64,000 nucleotides of DNA from positions 85,560,001 to 85,624,000 of the forward strand of contig OX597824.1 in assembly GCA_951406725.2 (NCBI GenBank), read 5' to 3'. The notes under the pieces are model-generated. The model was not told the origin of the DNA. It saw only the letters and a list, made by a program, of their open reading frames with translations, and ran no database searches. The translations under genes were made by a program, and so were the position numbers. This document shows, piece after piece, positions 1-12,818 of this stretch. The stretch's first letter is position 1; each line of letters begins with the position of its first letter. This DNA is from Octopus vulgaris (Eukaryota).

Positions 1-52
1 ACTCAGAACGTAACGGCAGACGAAATACCGCTAAGTATTTCGCCCGGCGTGG

Positions 53-506
53 CGAAAAGTCACTGATATCGAAAAGGTGTAAACAGGCAATAATAAATCT
101 CAGAGCGAGGCATAAACAGTAGCTGCACGACATCGTGATGTATATTTTCCACTTAAATCTGGCTAACCCCTAAGGGTGGATGCTACTGTAGCTTGTAGCC
201 CCAGGAGGACATCTCCTCCAGCTGGCTATTGACACACTTTCTGTGCTCTATCAGTATTTGCAAAGGGGAGTCATCCTTCCCGTTTTCAATCAATGATACA
301 TACGGACTCGAGTTTCTGGATATTGACCCGTCATCGGCGTGTGACAATCAGCGGTTGTCGATGAAAAGTAGGCCTCCCTCTGCAAACATATATCCTTTTT
401 CCAGTGACGAAAAGTCACTGATATCTAAAAGGTGTAAACAGGCAATAATAAATCTCTGAGTGAGGTATAAACAGTAGCTGCACGACATCGTGAAGTATAC
501 TTACCA
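53..506 (-). mobile_element. Retrozyme-like non-coding element, ~1.3 copies of a 355-nt unit with a type I hammerhead
   Basis: Direct repeat 53-~145 = 408-~500 (period 355); HHR at 299-343; homologous along its length to the 360-nt unit at 32720-33104; abuts (TA)n at 507. Confidence 0.8.
299..343 (-). ncRNA. Type I hammerhead ribozyme (CCGAUGA core variant)
   Basis: Minus strand: cacacg CCGATGA c-gggt-caat-atcc-a GAAA ctcgag TC cgtatg; palindromic stem III, GUC site, stem I extends further (tgat/atca). Confidence 0.8.
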
Positions 507-1289
507 TATATATATATATATATATATATCACCGTGATCACCGTGACCGACCAGGCTATCAGATGTTGCTACACATCGCTGGTCACAATGCGCTTTGCAT
601 TGTTTTAGCCTTCAAGTGACGCCAATAGAAAAAAGAGTGAGAGAAAGTTATGACGAAAGAGTACACTTATAAACTACGTATCCACTACGTTCACTATTAC
701 TTTTCTCGGATTTTACTGTTTAGATTGTCCAAAATGTCATAATTTAAAATACTAGAATATGATTTCAGACAGATTTGGCTGCTGTGTCTAACAGGAACGA
801 TTACATACAGACTCCGATGTTGGAAGCAGTTAAAAATGGAATGGTAGACAATTCTTGTATTTCACAATAATTTCATTTCAGTAACTAAGCCATTGTAGTT
901 CCGCAGTTTCTCAATTTCGATCTGCAAGATGAAGCTATAAAAAGAAAAGACACCGTTGCGGCTTTCGAACGATGAAATGATGTAAGGTGTTTTGTGAGTT
1001 CCTGGGTTACGAGTGCATAAACCAAACTTTTTCAATTAAATTGCAGAGTATTTTGCCATTTTATATCAGCAAACTTAAAACACCTTGAAAAAAAGAAAGA
1101 TGATTTATCAGGTCATTCCATAAATAATTTTAAAATACCTATTTTAAAATAACAACAGAACATATTAACTTAACCTTGTGTAGTTATCAAACAATAATTT
1201 ATGTTGTTGCAATATGTCTTAGCCAATTCAGAAACTGTTTTGTCCTTCTTAAGTAAGAACTGTCCACAGTGTATTGAAGACATATCATG

Positions 1290-2350
1290 CTTTAGGAGTT
1301 CAGAAAAAAGAAATAATGCAGCAGGAGTAAACCGAGATATTCATGGTGCTTATAGAAAGTATTGCTTAAACGAAAGAAACTGTAGACAGGAGTGTGATTC
1401 CATATTAAATGATGCTCTCCGAGCATGCCGTCTTGCTTAGTTTTTTTTTTTTTTTTTATCAGAACCCAATCGAAATAGAAATGTTACGATTGAAGAATTG
1501 ATTCAGAAGCTGAATTTAATCCAATCAACTGGAGTGTAACCAAAAGTTGAAAGTTGGAAGTAACCAAAAGTTGAAAAATGGGTCTCCCATAATTTTTTTT
1601 TTATCAGAACCCAATCGAAATAGAAATGTTACGATTGAAGAATTGATTCAGAAGCTGAATTTAATCCAATCAACTGGAGTGACTTGGAAGTAACCAAAAG
1701 TTGAAAAATGGGTCTCCCATAATTTTACACAAAACAACCGTGCAGCGTGTGTGAACAACTGCACTTCTCTACGCTGATGTGAATACATATCACCATTTTT
1801 AAATAGATAGGTGACTGGTGATGGAAAAAGGATAGTTTATAAGAATGTTAAGCAATGCAGAAAATGGTTTATTGAAGACGAACTGGCTAAACAACAGTCC
1901 AAAAGAGACCGTCTCAGAAAAATATTGGGGATTGTTTGATGGGACTATACAGGCGTGTTCCACTTTGAGTTGCAACAGACATTTCTACCGGTAGTTACAA
2001 TGTTTAAACAAATGCTTTGAAGGGGAAAAGCCTGCTTTAATAAATCACATAGGAGTTGTGTTCTTTCATGATAATGCATGCCCCGTACAGTAAAGATCAC
2101 GTACAAAAAGACTGAAAAACCTCTACTGGGAGAAAAATTACACACCCTTCTTATTTACCAGACCTTACTCCAACTAATTCATACATATTTCGAAGTTTAC
2201 AAAATCGTATTGATGGATTTGTTCTTAAAACACATGAAGAAATGGAAACTACTCTCTCTGCATTCTTTTTAACCAAATCAAAAGAATTTTACACAAATGT
2301 TATCAAGAAGCTGACAGATCGATGGAAGGAAGTCATGATAATAATTGTAA
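1290..2350 (+). pseudogene. Degenerate mariner transposase with internal tandem duplication (~1446-1720)
   Basis: Frame-broken motifs: NNAAGVNRDIHGAY..CLNERNCR (HTH), WVSHN, VTGDGKRIVYKN, HDNA, PSYLPDLTPT, KEFYTNVIKKLTDRWKEV. Confidence 0.85.
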
Positions 2351-3654
2351 TCATGAATGAATTTGAATGAAATAGGAAATTTAGAAACCTTGTCTTCTTG
2401 CTCAATATTTCGACATTACTTATGAGATGACATTGTATTCAGGAAATTGGTCTCCATAAGTGATATTTAACATCCGAAATATAATATTTGTCTTCTTAAT
2501 ATTGCAAATGATAATGACATGTTTGCCTACTCAAGTAAAAGCTAGTTCTCTCGAAAATATATGGACACTGTAGATAGGTAGTTTCAGCTATATTCATCAA
2601 TGCAATTTGGCACGTCGTTTTCAAACAATTCTGATTGAAACGTAGCATGAGAAAACAGAAGTATTGTAAGTGGAGCAGGTAGCTTCGACAATCCAGGTTA
2701 GGTGAACTTTTATCACTTCTATGACTTGTCAAAGAATGTTAAAGTTACATCTCTGTTTTTTTCCAAACTAATGAATTAATAATAAAAATTTATTTTCACA
2801 CTATTTGCTTAACAGAACGATAAACAGATCAAGAGAGAGGGAGAGAGAGAGACAGGGAGGGAGACGGAGATTGCAAAATTCAATAAACGTAAAATAATTA
2901 CAATCAAAATTAAGCTGTTTACCTTGGCAGAATCAGACAAAAATTGGAATCGGCTTGGTATTAAGTTCATTATAAATCCTCGGAAAATCCTCGTAAACGA
3001 AACACAGGTGCAAAAAACAAACATAAAAAAATATAAACTTGCTTCACACATGTAATTTAGTATTCATTGAATATAAGGAGTGTAGCCAATAATTTTCCCC
3101 ATTGGTTAGCGCGCCTTCTTATTTGTATGATTATTGCTGCTGATAATGTTGAAGTTGTTTTCGCTGATGATGAGGATGCTGGTGATGAAGTTGATCTTGT
3201 TATTTGACAGCAGCTATAGTTATTTCAGCCTAAATCAGGTGTGATCGAACGGGCTTTGGATCAAGAGCATTCCAACCAGCATCATCACCCTGCCCCTTTT
3301 CGCCCCCCTTTTAGGTAGTATACATATAAAACTATGTCTATTTTTCTTTTTTTTTCCAGACGGTCAGGAGTTACTTGGTGGAGATTTCGCTGCTATTTCT
3401 AGAAGGTCGGTCGAGTGACCATGTAGAAACTCTGTCGTTGGTTTGTAGCAATTTCATTGCGGTCACTGCTCTTTCACATTGCCGTTGTTTCAGTCCTTCA
3501 CTCTGATACCGCTGAGTTTGTCGTCGATGTTGGTGGTAATTGTGTTCTCGCTGATAAATATGTTTTTAGACACAATGCTATAATGACTGTTGGTGGAGGT
3601 TGATGTTATTCTTGTTATTGGTACTGATATAACTGTGGTGGCATCTGCTTCCGT

Positions 3655-3699
3655 TGCAGTTGTTGTTGTTGTTGTTGTTGCTGTTGTTGTTGTTGATGG

Positions 3700-3731
<32 letters not shown>

Positions 3732-3779
3732 ATGATGATGATGATGATTATGATGATGATGATGATGATTATGGTGATA

Positions 3780-3828
<49 letters not shown>

Positions 3829-4175
3829 CGACGACGATGATGATGCCGAGCAGGTGTTGTAGAATCCGATGTTGTTACGGTTGATATGCTGCTAAGTTAA
3901 TAATTTTCACATTTAAAAAAAAAAAATTTATTTTATAGTTTTGAAGCATGTGTAAACTGTAAGTGCATTTAATGCTGTCAATGTAGTTTTGTTAAAGTTG
4001 CTGCTGCTGCCCGGTGCTACTGCTGCTACTACTGCTGCTGCTGCTGCTGCTGATGATGATGATGAACGTAATGGTGACGTTGGTGTTGGTCGTAGTGTTG
4101 TTGTTGTTTGTGGTGGTGTTGGTGGTGGTTGTGGTGGTGGTGGTGGTGGTGGTGGTGGTGGTGGTGGTGGTGTGG
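3655..4175. repeat. Compound trinucleotide microsatellites (GTT)n/(GAT)n/(GCT)n/(GGT)n
   Basis: Visible directly; produce the poly-D/M/G pseudo-ORFs. Confidence 0.95.
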
Positions 4176-4297
4176 CGATGGTGACGGTTTTGAAAATGGT
4201 GTATAGATGTGTAATGCTTGTACATTTGGCGATTACTCTATTTATGATGGCATTGTCAGTTACTCCAAACGGACGTCAACTCTCACTCGCAATTGCC

Positions 4298-4530
4298 AGG
4301 TCGAGCTGGCAGAAACGTTAGCACGCCGAGCGAAATGCTTGGCGGTATTTCGTCTGCCGCTACGTTCTGAGTTCAAATTCCGCCGAGGTCGACTTTGCCT
4401 TTCATCCTTTCGGAGTCGATTAAATAGGTACCAGTTACGCACTGGGGTCGGTATAATCAACTTAATCCGTTTGTCTGTCCTTGTTTGTCCTCTCTGTGTT
4501 TAGCCCCTTGTGGGTAGTAAAGAAATAGGT
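4298..4530 (+). mobile_element. tRNA-derived SINE family A (probable Meta-domain-like centre)
   Basis: gagctggcagaa...gagttcaaattcc (A/B boxes), gactttgcctttcatcctttcgg..gtcgat..agtaccag; more than 15 copies or fragments in window. Confidence 0.9.
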
Positions 4531-4666
4531 ATCCTTCTCTTCATAACTCCGACAACAAGAAAAAAATAAGAAAGAAAGAAAAAGAAAGTAGAAATAGAAA
4601 TGAAAACGTCCACAACACCAGTAATGTGGCTGAAGCTAATCCAAAGGAAGATAACGCAACTGTGTA

Positions 4667-4718
<52 letters not shown>

Positions 4719-5021
4719 GTGATAATAATGAAGTTTTGTAACCAGCTGCTGATAATAACGATGGTGATGCTGTTTATGATGTTGGTCCTTGTTCGTTTGG
4801 TTTGTTTATATTTATTTTTTAAAGATTCTTATCCAATAAGTCCGAGTGTTCAGACTCAGTTGAGGGCTATTGTAATGAGTGAGTTTCTCGTTGAAGTGAC
4901 CTCACTGTTTGGTCAGCTAAACTGGCTATTATCATCTCTATTGAGAAGCTATTTATACTGGCGATGTGACGTTTGTCAAGTGTCCTGTCTATTAACCCTT
5001 GCGCAGAGCGGTGGTGTGTGT

Positions 5022-5066
<45 letters not shown>

Positions 5067-5631
5067 TGTGTATGGGTGTGTGTGATGTAGGAGTTAGTGT
5101 AGTGGCTATATTAGTGAGTGTTTTGGTGATGGTGATATTGGAGGTGGTGGTGGTGGTGGTGGTAGAGCCATCGAGTCATTGAACACTTATGGACAACGGC
5201 GTGGCGTGGTGGTGGTGGTGGTGATGAGGCGAGAAATGGCAGTAGTGGTGTGGAATTGATGGAGGCGGCGGCGGCGGTGGAAGTGGTCGTAGTGGTGGTG
5301 ATAGTTTGTGATATGATATTCATTTCGAAACAGTGAGAAAGGACATCCGTTCTTAAACGCCTGTCTTGATTGGAGTGTATGTGTGTGAGTGTGTGCATGT
5401 GTGCATGTGTGTGTGTGCGTGTGTGTCCGTGTAACAAATTAATACATACATACATACATACATACATACATACATACATACATACATACATACATACATA
5501 CATAGGTAGTTCTGAACCATGTATAAGGGTAGAAGGGCGTTTGAATGTATGCATGAAAATATACATATATATGAAGCACATGCAAAAGCACGAGAATATG
5601 AATGTGAATTCTTTTGCATCTATTTTCACAC

Positions 5632-5696
<65 letters not shown>

Positions 5697-5795
5697 GCAA
5701 ACTACAAGAAATCTTGTGTGGCTCTGAGTCGGCAAGGCTTGAAAAAATATAGAAAAAAGTAAAAGGGGTACAATGAACTTGCCGTGAGGAGTAGA

Positions 5796-5834
5796 ATAAC
5801 CAACGTTTCGGATATAATCCTTCATCAGGGGCTA
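5796..5834 (-). ncRNA. Minimal hammerhead ribozyme (Penelope-type)
   Basis: tagcc-c CTGATGA a-ggat-tat-atcc GAAA cg TT ggtta; upstream of and antisense to a GIY-YIG relic. Confidence 0.7.
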
Positions 5835-6384
5835 ATAAAAAAAAAACGTTGAAGATAGACAGAGTTTACATTCTCTCAGCTTGAAACACTGGCTGCAACT
5901 GATAATGGACGCAGAATAACACAGGCTGCTAACGTGAAACAGAAGTTATAGGAGAGGGCGACGATTCGAATCCCGTTACAAAACGATGCGACAATATTTT
6001 TCTGAATCGAGGCTATCCTCCATTAGTTGTCAATCCGGCACTCCACCGAGCCCGAGCCATCAACCGCACCGCAGCTCTCCTACCGTCTTTACGCGCTTCC
6101 ACCGACTGTATTCCACTCTCTCTCACCTACCACCCGTCTATCATCCCTCTAAAATACAAACTCACCTACAACTTCGGCATTCTTCTTTCTGACCCAACAA
6201 CCGCCCCAATCTTTCCCACACCGCTTCTCCTGTCTTTTAAAAAGGATATGATTCCTAGAAATCTCCTTGTAGAAGCTTCACAGCTCCCAGTTCCGTACAA
6301 CTAGGAACCTATAAATGTTCCCGCCGACGATGTAACCAATGCCCCTACATCAACAATATTACCGCCATCAAGGGGCCCAATAAG

Positions 6385-6702
6385 CAATATCACATAACAC
6401 ACCACTTCTGTTGTACATCGGTGAATCTCATATATTGTATCGTATGCAAACTCTGCGGTGCTCTTTACATTGGAGAAACAGGGCGACGCCTTGGGGATCG
6501 CTTTCGCGAACACATCAGAAGCATAATGCTACGTATGCCAGGCCAACCTGCCGCCACCCACTCCAACACTGCGAATCATTATATTGCAGATTTATTAGTG
6601 TGTGGCATGGCCTTGCACCACGGACCCCACTTCTCTAAGAAACGAAAAGAGCAACGTTTCATATTTGGTATTGGCACTATGTCCCCGAGAGGTATAAATG
6701 AT
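6385..6702 (+). pseudogene. Penelope-like element GIY-YIG endonuclease fragment
   Basis: NLIYCIVCKLCGALYIGETGRRLGDRFREH...KEQRFIF...SPRGIN; degenerate upstream part from ~6000. Confidence 0.9.
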
Positions 6703-6783
6703 ATTTATATATTAATAGATCAGACTTATACAGAGTACAAACGACAGAGAAAATTAGAGGGGCGGAAGGCAGGTGTTATAAGT

Positions 6784-6900
6784 CCAACAGCTGTTTCTGG
6801 GGGCTCGGAGATTCATCATAATACTGTTGGTAGATGTAGTTCATCACAATATGCAGCCAGTAATGGAAGCAAATAAACATTGGAGCTACCGTCATCAGGG
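6784..6900 (-). ncRNA. Hammerhead ribozyme with long stem II insertion
   Basis: cc CTGATGA cggtagctc...[~70 nt]...gagccccca GAAA cagctg TT gg; palindromic ACAGCTGT stem III. Confidence 0.6.
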
Positions 6901-7497
6901 TAGAAAGAAATTTTACATTTCATATTATGGTGTAGAGAAGTTTAAAGATGAATTTTAAACAGACGAGGTAGCTACAGTTGAAATACCTTTGAACATATGT
7001 CTGTTCCATGCAGTGGATAGTTTCTAAGCGATTACAAAATCTGCTAGAAGTAACAGTCAAATCTCCCTCAAATTACACCTTGCATTCTGAAAAAAAGTAA
7101 CTTTGCATAATGTAGTACTGGATGCTCACTAACTAAAGAAAAAGACTGGATGATCACGGCTGGAGTATCTTTAGTCATAAGTCTTCTGGAGTTGTAGTAA
7201 TCTGAAGCTAAATATCATCACACATCATCGCATGCAGTCTGGATTGTATAGAGACACACAAATCAAAATAGCAATAATATAAACATAAAAGGATATTTTC
7301 TATCTTGAAAAAATATTCTATTTGTCAATTTTTTAGCATTCAAAAATTATTTAACATTTTCAATCTTCTACAAATAAACTATAATTATTATTTGTATTCT
7401 CTCAAAGATAATGTGCAATTTATTATTGTATTAAAATAAACTGAAATTATTTATGGCAAAGTTTACGTTATGGCATTATAATGGTGGTATTGGTGAT

Positions 7498-7712
7498 AAG
7501 GCGGCGAGCTGGCAGAAATGTTTAGCGGTATTTCGCCTGCCGCTACGTTCTGAGTTCAAATTCCACCGAGGTCGACTTTGCCTTTCATCCTTTCGGGGTC
7601 GATAAATTAAGTACCAGTTACGCACTGGTGTCGATATAATCGACTTAATCCATTTGTCTGTCCTTGTTTCTCCTCTCTGTGTTTAGCCCCTTGTGGGTAG
7701 TAAAGAAATAGT
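7498..7712 (+). mobile_element. SINE family A
   Basis: Near-identical to 4298-4530. Confidence 0.9.
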
Positions 7713-8145
7713 TATTGGTGATGCGATACAGTAAGTGGTTGTATGCAAAATACAACAAGAAAAATACAAAGACTGGATGATCATGATTCCAGCCGTGAAC
7801 ATCCAGCCTGCTTTTTTTTTCTTTTTTTCTTTGCGAGTATACCTGCAGCAATACTTTATCCAAAGGTCACTAGCAGAACTAGTAACAGCAAAGAAGTTAT
7901 CTTGTTGGCATGTGCAGTCAGTGGATGTTGTTTTGTCTCCAAAGTCCTGATAGAACAGACCAATTATCAAAGGCATTTCAGCCGTGGTCATCTTATCTGT
8001 TGCCAATGCGGAGGGAACTCAGGATCAAATTACTAATCGTGTCCATTTCTAAGATAGCGCAATGTGATTTACAGGAGATTTGGCTGCTATTTCTAGCTGA
8101 CCGAGCGATGGAGGCGGTTTATGTAAGCAGTGACAGTTCTTATAG

Positions 8146-9197
8146 GTCAGTGGTTTTTGACTTATTTCATTTGTAGCGCCCCTTTTAAGTAGTTGTTATG
8201 CCTAGTGCCCACCTAAGTGGTGAGTGTCGTATCACGGTTAAACTAACTTAAGATGGACGATAAATTATAAATTTTAATCTAAACCTGGATTATATAAGCT
8301 TTTAATAGTGATATGATAAAAAAAAAGTCATAAAAACAAAAGTTGTAAATTTACTTTATACATTTCTTTATAACCCACAAGGGGCTAAACATAGAGGGGG
8401 CAAACAAGAAAAGACAAAGGGATTAAGTCGATTACATCGATCCCAGTGCGAAACTGGTACTTTATTTATCGAACCCGAAAGAATGAAAGGCAAACTCGAC
8501 CTCGGCAGAATTTGAACTCAGAACGTAACGACAGACGAAATACATATTTCTTTATTACCCACGAGGGGCTAAACATAGAGGGGACAAACAAGGACAGACA
8601 TAGGTATTAAGTCGATTACATCGACCCCAGTGCGTAACTGGTACTTTATTTATCGACCCCGAAAGGATGAAAGGCAAAGTCGACCTCGGTGGAATTTGAA
8701 CTCAGAACGTAACGGCAGACGAAATACCTATTTCTTTATTACCCACAAGGGGCTAAACATAGAGGGGACAAACAAGGACAGACATAGATATTAAGTCGAT
8801 TACATCGACCCCAGTGTGTAACTGGTACTTAATTTATCGACCCCGAAAGGATGAAAGGCAAAGTTGACCTCGGCGGGATTTGAACTCACAACGTAATGGC
8901 AGACGAAATACCGCTAAGCATTTCGCCCACTGTCCTAACGATTCTGCCAGCTCGCCGCCTCTAAATTTACTTTATATATTACAAGTTAATGACTTCCCTG
9001 CGCCTGATGAGATCTCAGTATATTTTAATAAACATTACTAGTTTTATCATGTATAATACAATTACTACTATACATAAAATTTTTGTAAGTTATGTTACCT
9101 CACCTTCTCTCCCTCATCGCTCCCTAAAGCCTAACGTCCTCTTCTACTTGCCCTTGCCCAGCGTCCTCTTGTGGATTGTACCGCCAACATTGAGAAC
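8146..9197. mobile_element. Probable hAT-type MITE split by a SINE trimer
   Basis: cagtggttttt...gagaacctg ends; left part recurs inverted at ~51470-51582. Confidence 0.45.
8361..8960 (-). mobile_element. Head-to-tail trimer of SINE family A
   Basis: Three ~183-bp units, only the last with a complete tRNA head. Confidence 0.9.
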
Positions 9198-9744
9198 CTG
9201 TTATAGATGATGGTATTAGTGATGACGTAATGATAATGTTTATAGAAATATGGCATAAGAGGCATTAGTGATTGATGTGGTGGTAATGATGTTTATAGAG
9301 TGATGGTATTGATGGTATTGATGGTATATGGTGATGTTATAGCAGAAGATTACGAGTAAGTCGGAATCTCGATACAAATGCCATCACCAAGCAGATGATG
9401 CCAGGTGAAGTAAAGAGAGGGTTGTCTCCAGTTGCAACGGTATGCAGTGTGGTGAATGAATAAATGCTTGAATTTACCTACTCTATAATATCTCTTACTT
9501 GTTTCAGTCATTAGATAACGGCCATGCTGGGGCACTGCCTTGAAGAACTTTTAGTCAAATGAACTTATTTATTTTTAGTACTTATTTATTTTTAAAGCCT
9601 GGTACTTATTTTATCAGTTCTTTTGCCGAACCACTAAGTGAAAGAGACGTAAACACACCAACACCGGTTGTCAAGCGCTAGTAAGGAGACATAGACACTA
9701 AGACACACACTCGAGTGTATGTGTGTGTATGTGGTCTTTCAAAA

Positions 9745-9948
9745 TGTGACCTCGCGTGTACCGTTGGCGATTTTTTCCCTCTGTCTTCCCTTCTCTGGAT
9801 CTTTCCTACTCCTATGTTTCCGACGAAGAGCTCCGCTCGAAACGTTAAACCTTCCTTCTTCCCTTCTTTCCTGAGCGTCCAATAATACTATATTTGTTCC
9901 ACGTCCTCGCGTTGTTGTGTATTTTTTGTTTTCTTGTTTGGATTAACT
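9745..9948 (+). mobile_element. ~200-bp non-coding hammerhead-bearing element (Penelope pLTR/retrozyme-like)
   Basis: Near-identical inverted copy at 36541-36748; ends tttggattaac(TA)n. Confidence 0.8.
9816..9850 (+). ncRNA. Minimal hammerhead ribozyme (CCGACGA variant)
   Basis: gttt CCGACGA a-gagc-tcc-gctc GAAA cg TT aaac. Confidence 0.75.
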
Positions 9949-9978
9949 ATATATATATATATTTATATATATATACAC

Positions 9979-10035
<57 letters not shown>

Positions 10036-10518
10036 TGTATACGAGGGGCTCCTTTCAGTTTCCGTCTACAAAATCTGCTCACAAGGCTTTGGTCAGCGCG
10101 AAGCACACAGTAGGAGTGAACCCGGAACATGTGGCTGGGAAGCAAAATTCTTGCCACACAGCCACGGGAATCCTTAGCATGCTGAGCAAAATACTTGGCA
10201 ACATATCGACCGTCTTTACGTTCTGAGTTCAAATTCCGCCGAGGTCGTCTTTACATTTTATCTTTTCGGGGTCGAAAAGCACCAATCGAGCACTGGGTGG
10301 AGGGCTTTGTAATCAACTTACCTTCTTCCTCGAAATTGCTTGCCTTGTGCCAAAATTTGAAGCCGATATTATGGTGGAAGAGGTATTGGTAGTGAAAGTG
10401 GGCGCTAGTGGTGTTTATAGTGTTGATATAGTAGTGACGGTGGTAGTAATAATGATGTGGTAGTAGCGATATTTCTAAAGAAGCTATTTCGCGTGGATGC
10501 GGATTCCCTGGTATGGAA

Positions 10519-10891
10519 TCTCTCTATATATAAATGGCAGTTTGTCTGTGTGTGTGTCTGTGTGTCTGTTTGCTTGTACCCTCACCCTGACCACGGCTTT
10601 CAACCGATTCTGATGAAACTTGACACACACATAGCCCAATGTCATAATTCAAAACTAACGCAGCGAAAATTTTGAAAAGTTCCCCCAGTTCTGAAAAATA
10701 TCGATAAATTCGACATGGGGTGGAGAATCAGAAGCACAAGCCACAGACTATCTAGGGGACGCAACTCGACCTTTTTAACTCTCAAAAAAATTTACCATAA
10801 ATTTTTTCCCCATTTTTTGGCTATAACTCTCTAAAAATGCTTTATAGTTATTTCCCTTACAAACCCGAGCAATGCCGGGCGATACTGCTAG
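10519..10891 (+). mobile_element. Non-autonomous Helitron
   Basis: A|TC..TATATATAAA start, subterminal cccg..ccggg hairpin, CTAG|T end, no TSD. Confidence 0.85.
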
Positions 10892-10902
10892 TTCTAAATA
10901 AC

Positions 10903-11228
10903 AGGCACTCCGTCGGTTATGACGACGAGGGTTCCAGTTGATTCGATCGACAGGACAGCCTGCACGTGAAATTAACGTGCAAGTGGCTGAGTACTCCACA
11001 AACACGCGTACACATAACGTAGTTCTCGGGAAAAGTTCAGCGTGACACAGAATGTGTCACGGCTGGTCCTTTGAAACACAGGCAATACTCATTTTTGCCA
11101 GCTTTGTGAACTGGAGCAGCGTGAAATAAAGTCTTTTGTTCAAGGACGTAACGCCGTACCGAGAATCGAACTCACGAACTTACAATCGTGAGTCGAATAC
11201 CCCTAACCATTAAGCCACGCGCCTACAC
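10903..11228 (-). mobile_element. SINE family B-related subfamily
   Basis: tRNA head (gtggcttaatggttaggg..gagttcgattc) plus 3' half shared with 34236-34617. Confidence 0.8.
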
Positions 11229-11407
11229 GTTCAAAATAATGGTAGCTGTGATGCGAATTGTTGCATAATAGTCGTCTTGTTATAGTGATTTCTGGATTTT
11301 ATCTCAGAAACTGCAAAACTAGAAATATAGTGTACCACGAGATATAAAAAGGGCAATGTAAGGACACTATCACAACCTAAATACAAAAAACGGCCAACAA
11401 TTTAGGG

Positions 11408-11669
11408 TAATGATTCCCAACCATTTTATAGACCCTCTTCATTCCTATTTTACTCTTCTGGACTTCCATAGCCATTAACTGTATTAAAAGAATCCTGTTG
11501 TATTTTTATAATTAAACATTATTAGGAATTGTATTATTTAAAAAATTAAAATATTTTGTGTATTTGTCTTTTGTGTATTGAATAAACAATTTATGGCACA
11601 TAAATTTTAACAACAAAACCTTTATATGGACTCCCAAGGGCCATATGGACCCTAGTAGAAAACCACTGA
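11408..11669. mobile_element. Degraded hAT-type MITE
   Basis: (c)aatgattcccaacc ... gaaaaccactg imperfect TIRs. Confidence 0.45.
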
Positions 11670-12585
11670 TTTAAGGGATTCTATTGCAGAACGCTGGCAA
11701 TAATTCTATGGAATGAAACAACCACTAGTCTTCTGTCAACAGGTTGTACGGGACACAAGGGATCGAATCAAATACGATGAAGTAAAAAATTCGTTTTAGG
11801 CATCCATATGACCGCGACATTAAAACAGATTGCAATCCGACTTTGTTTTTATATACTCTTTATGAAATAATTTCATTGCTTAAACTTTGGGGCATTTTCA
11901 CTTACATGGATGCTTTACAATACATTACTTTGTAATTGATTACTAAGTTGACTGATAGCCGTGTCCATACGAGGAGCTTTCTGTGACAGTCGCATAATTC
12001 ACATACATAGTACTAAATATAAATAATCAATGGTATAACAACATTCTCTGTTTACAACTCATCACCACAGTAATACAAGAATATGGATACAATGAGACTA
12101 AAACCACCAAACGTCAACCACACACACACAAACACACACACACACACATCCACATACGCACAAGCACACACGTACACATGCACACATACATACACACTAT
12201 ATTGGCAGAGAAAAAAATTAAGCAAAATAAGCAAATAAGATAATAAATACTATACTAGGTAATCAATCACCTGGCCAACTTACCACAGAGATGTAACATG
12301 TTATAACGAGATGTAAACATAACGTACGAAAATCAATCGAAAAATCTAAATCATTTAAAATTCTAACTCTTTGAGAAGGCCATAGAATTGGAGCAGCGAA
12401 AAGTTGTTGTTTTTTTTGGCGGGGGGAATGAAATAACATTGACAAACTGCAATGGTTGAAATGGTTAAATAATAATATCATTATCCAGTATATAACAATA
12501 TTTGTTCCAACACAATGTGATATCAAAACGTTTGCAAAACGAATTTTATGAAGTAACGTCTATGTGTGACAGAATATATATATAT

Positions 12586-12644
<59 letters not shown>

Positions 12645-12654
12645 TATACATATA

Positions 12655-12703
<49 letters not shown>

Positions 12704-12758
12704 TACACATATATATACATATATATATATATACACACACATATATATACATACATAC

Positions 12759-12816
<58 letters not shown>

Positions 12817-12818
<2 letters not shown>

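Larger units (their letters stand above)
9494..10165 (-). mobile_element. tRNA-derived CORE-like SINE family C, interrupted in its internal microsatellite
   Basis: Matches 21071-21497; a foreign HHR element is inserted at ~9745-9948. Confidence 0.8.

Noticed and set aside
3590-5825. Poly-D/G/T and YI/VC-repeat ORFs (also 12.5-14, 21.6-22.2, 26.5-27.1 and 54 kb)
   Set aside because: Translations of microsatellites
10605-10622. CTGATGAAAC hammerhead-like string
   Set aside because: No stems; part of the usual ccgatt..gaaactt Helitron motif
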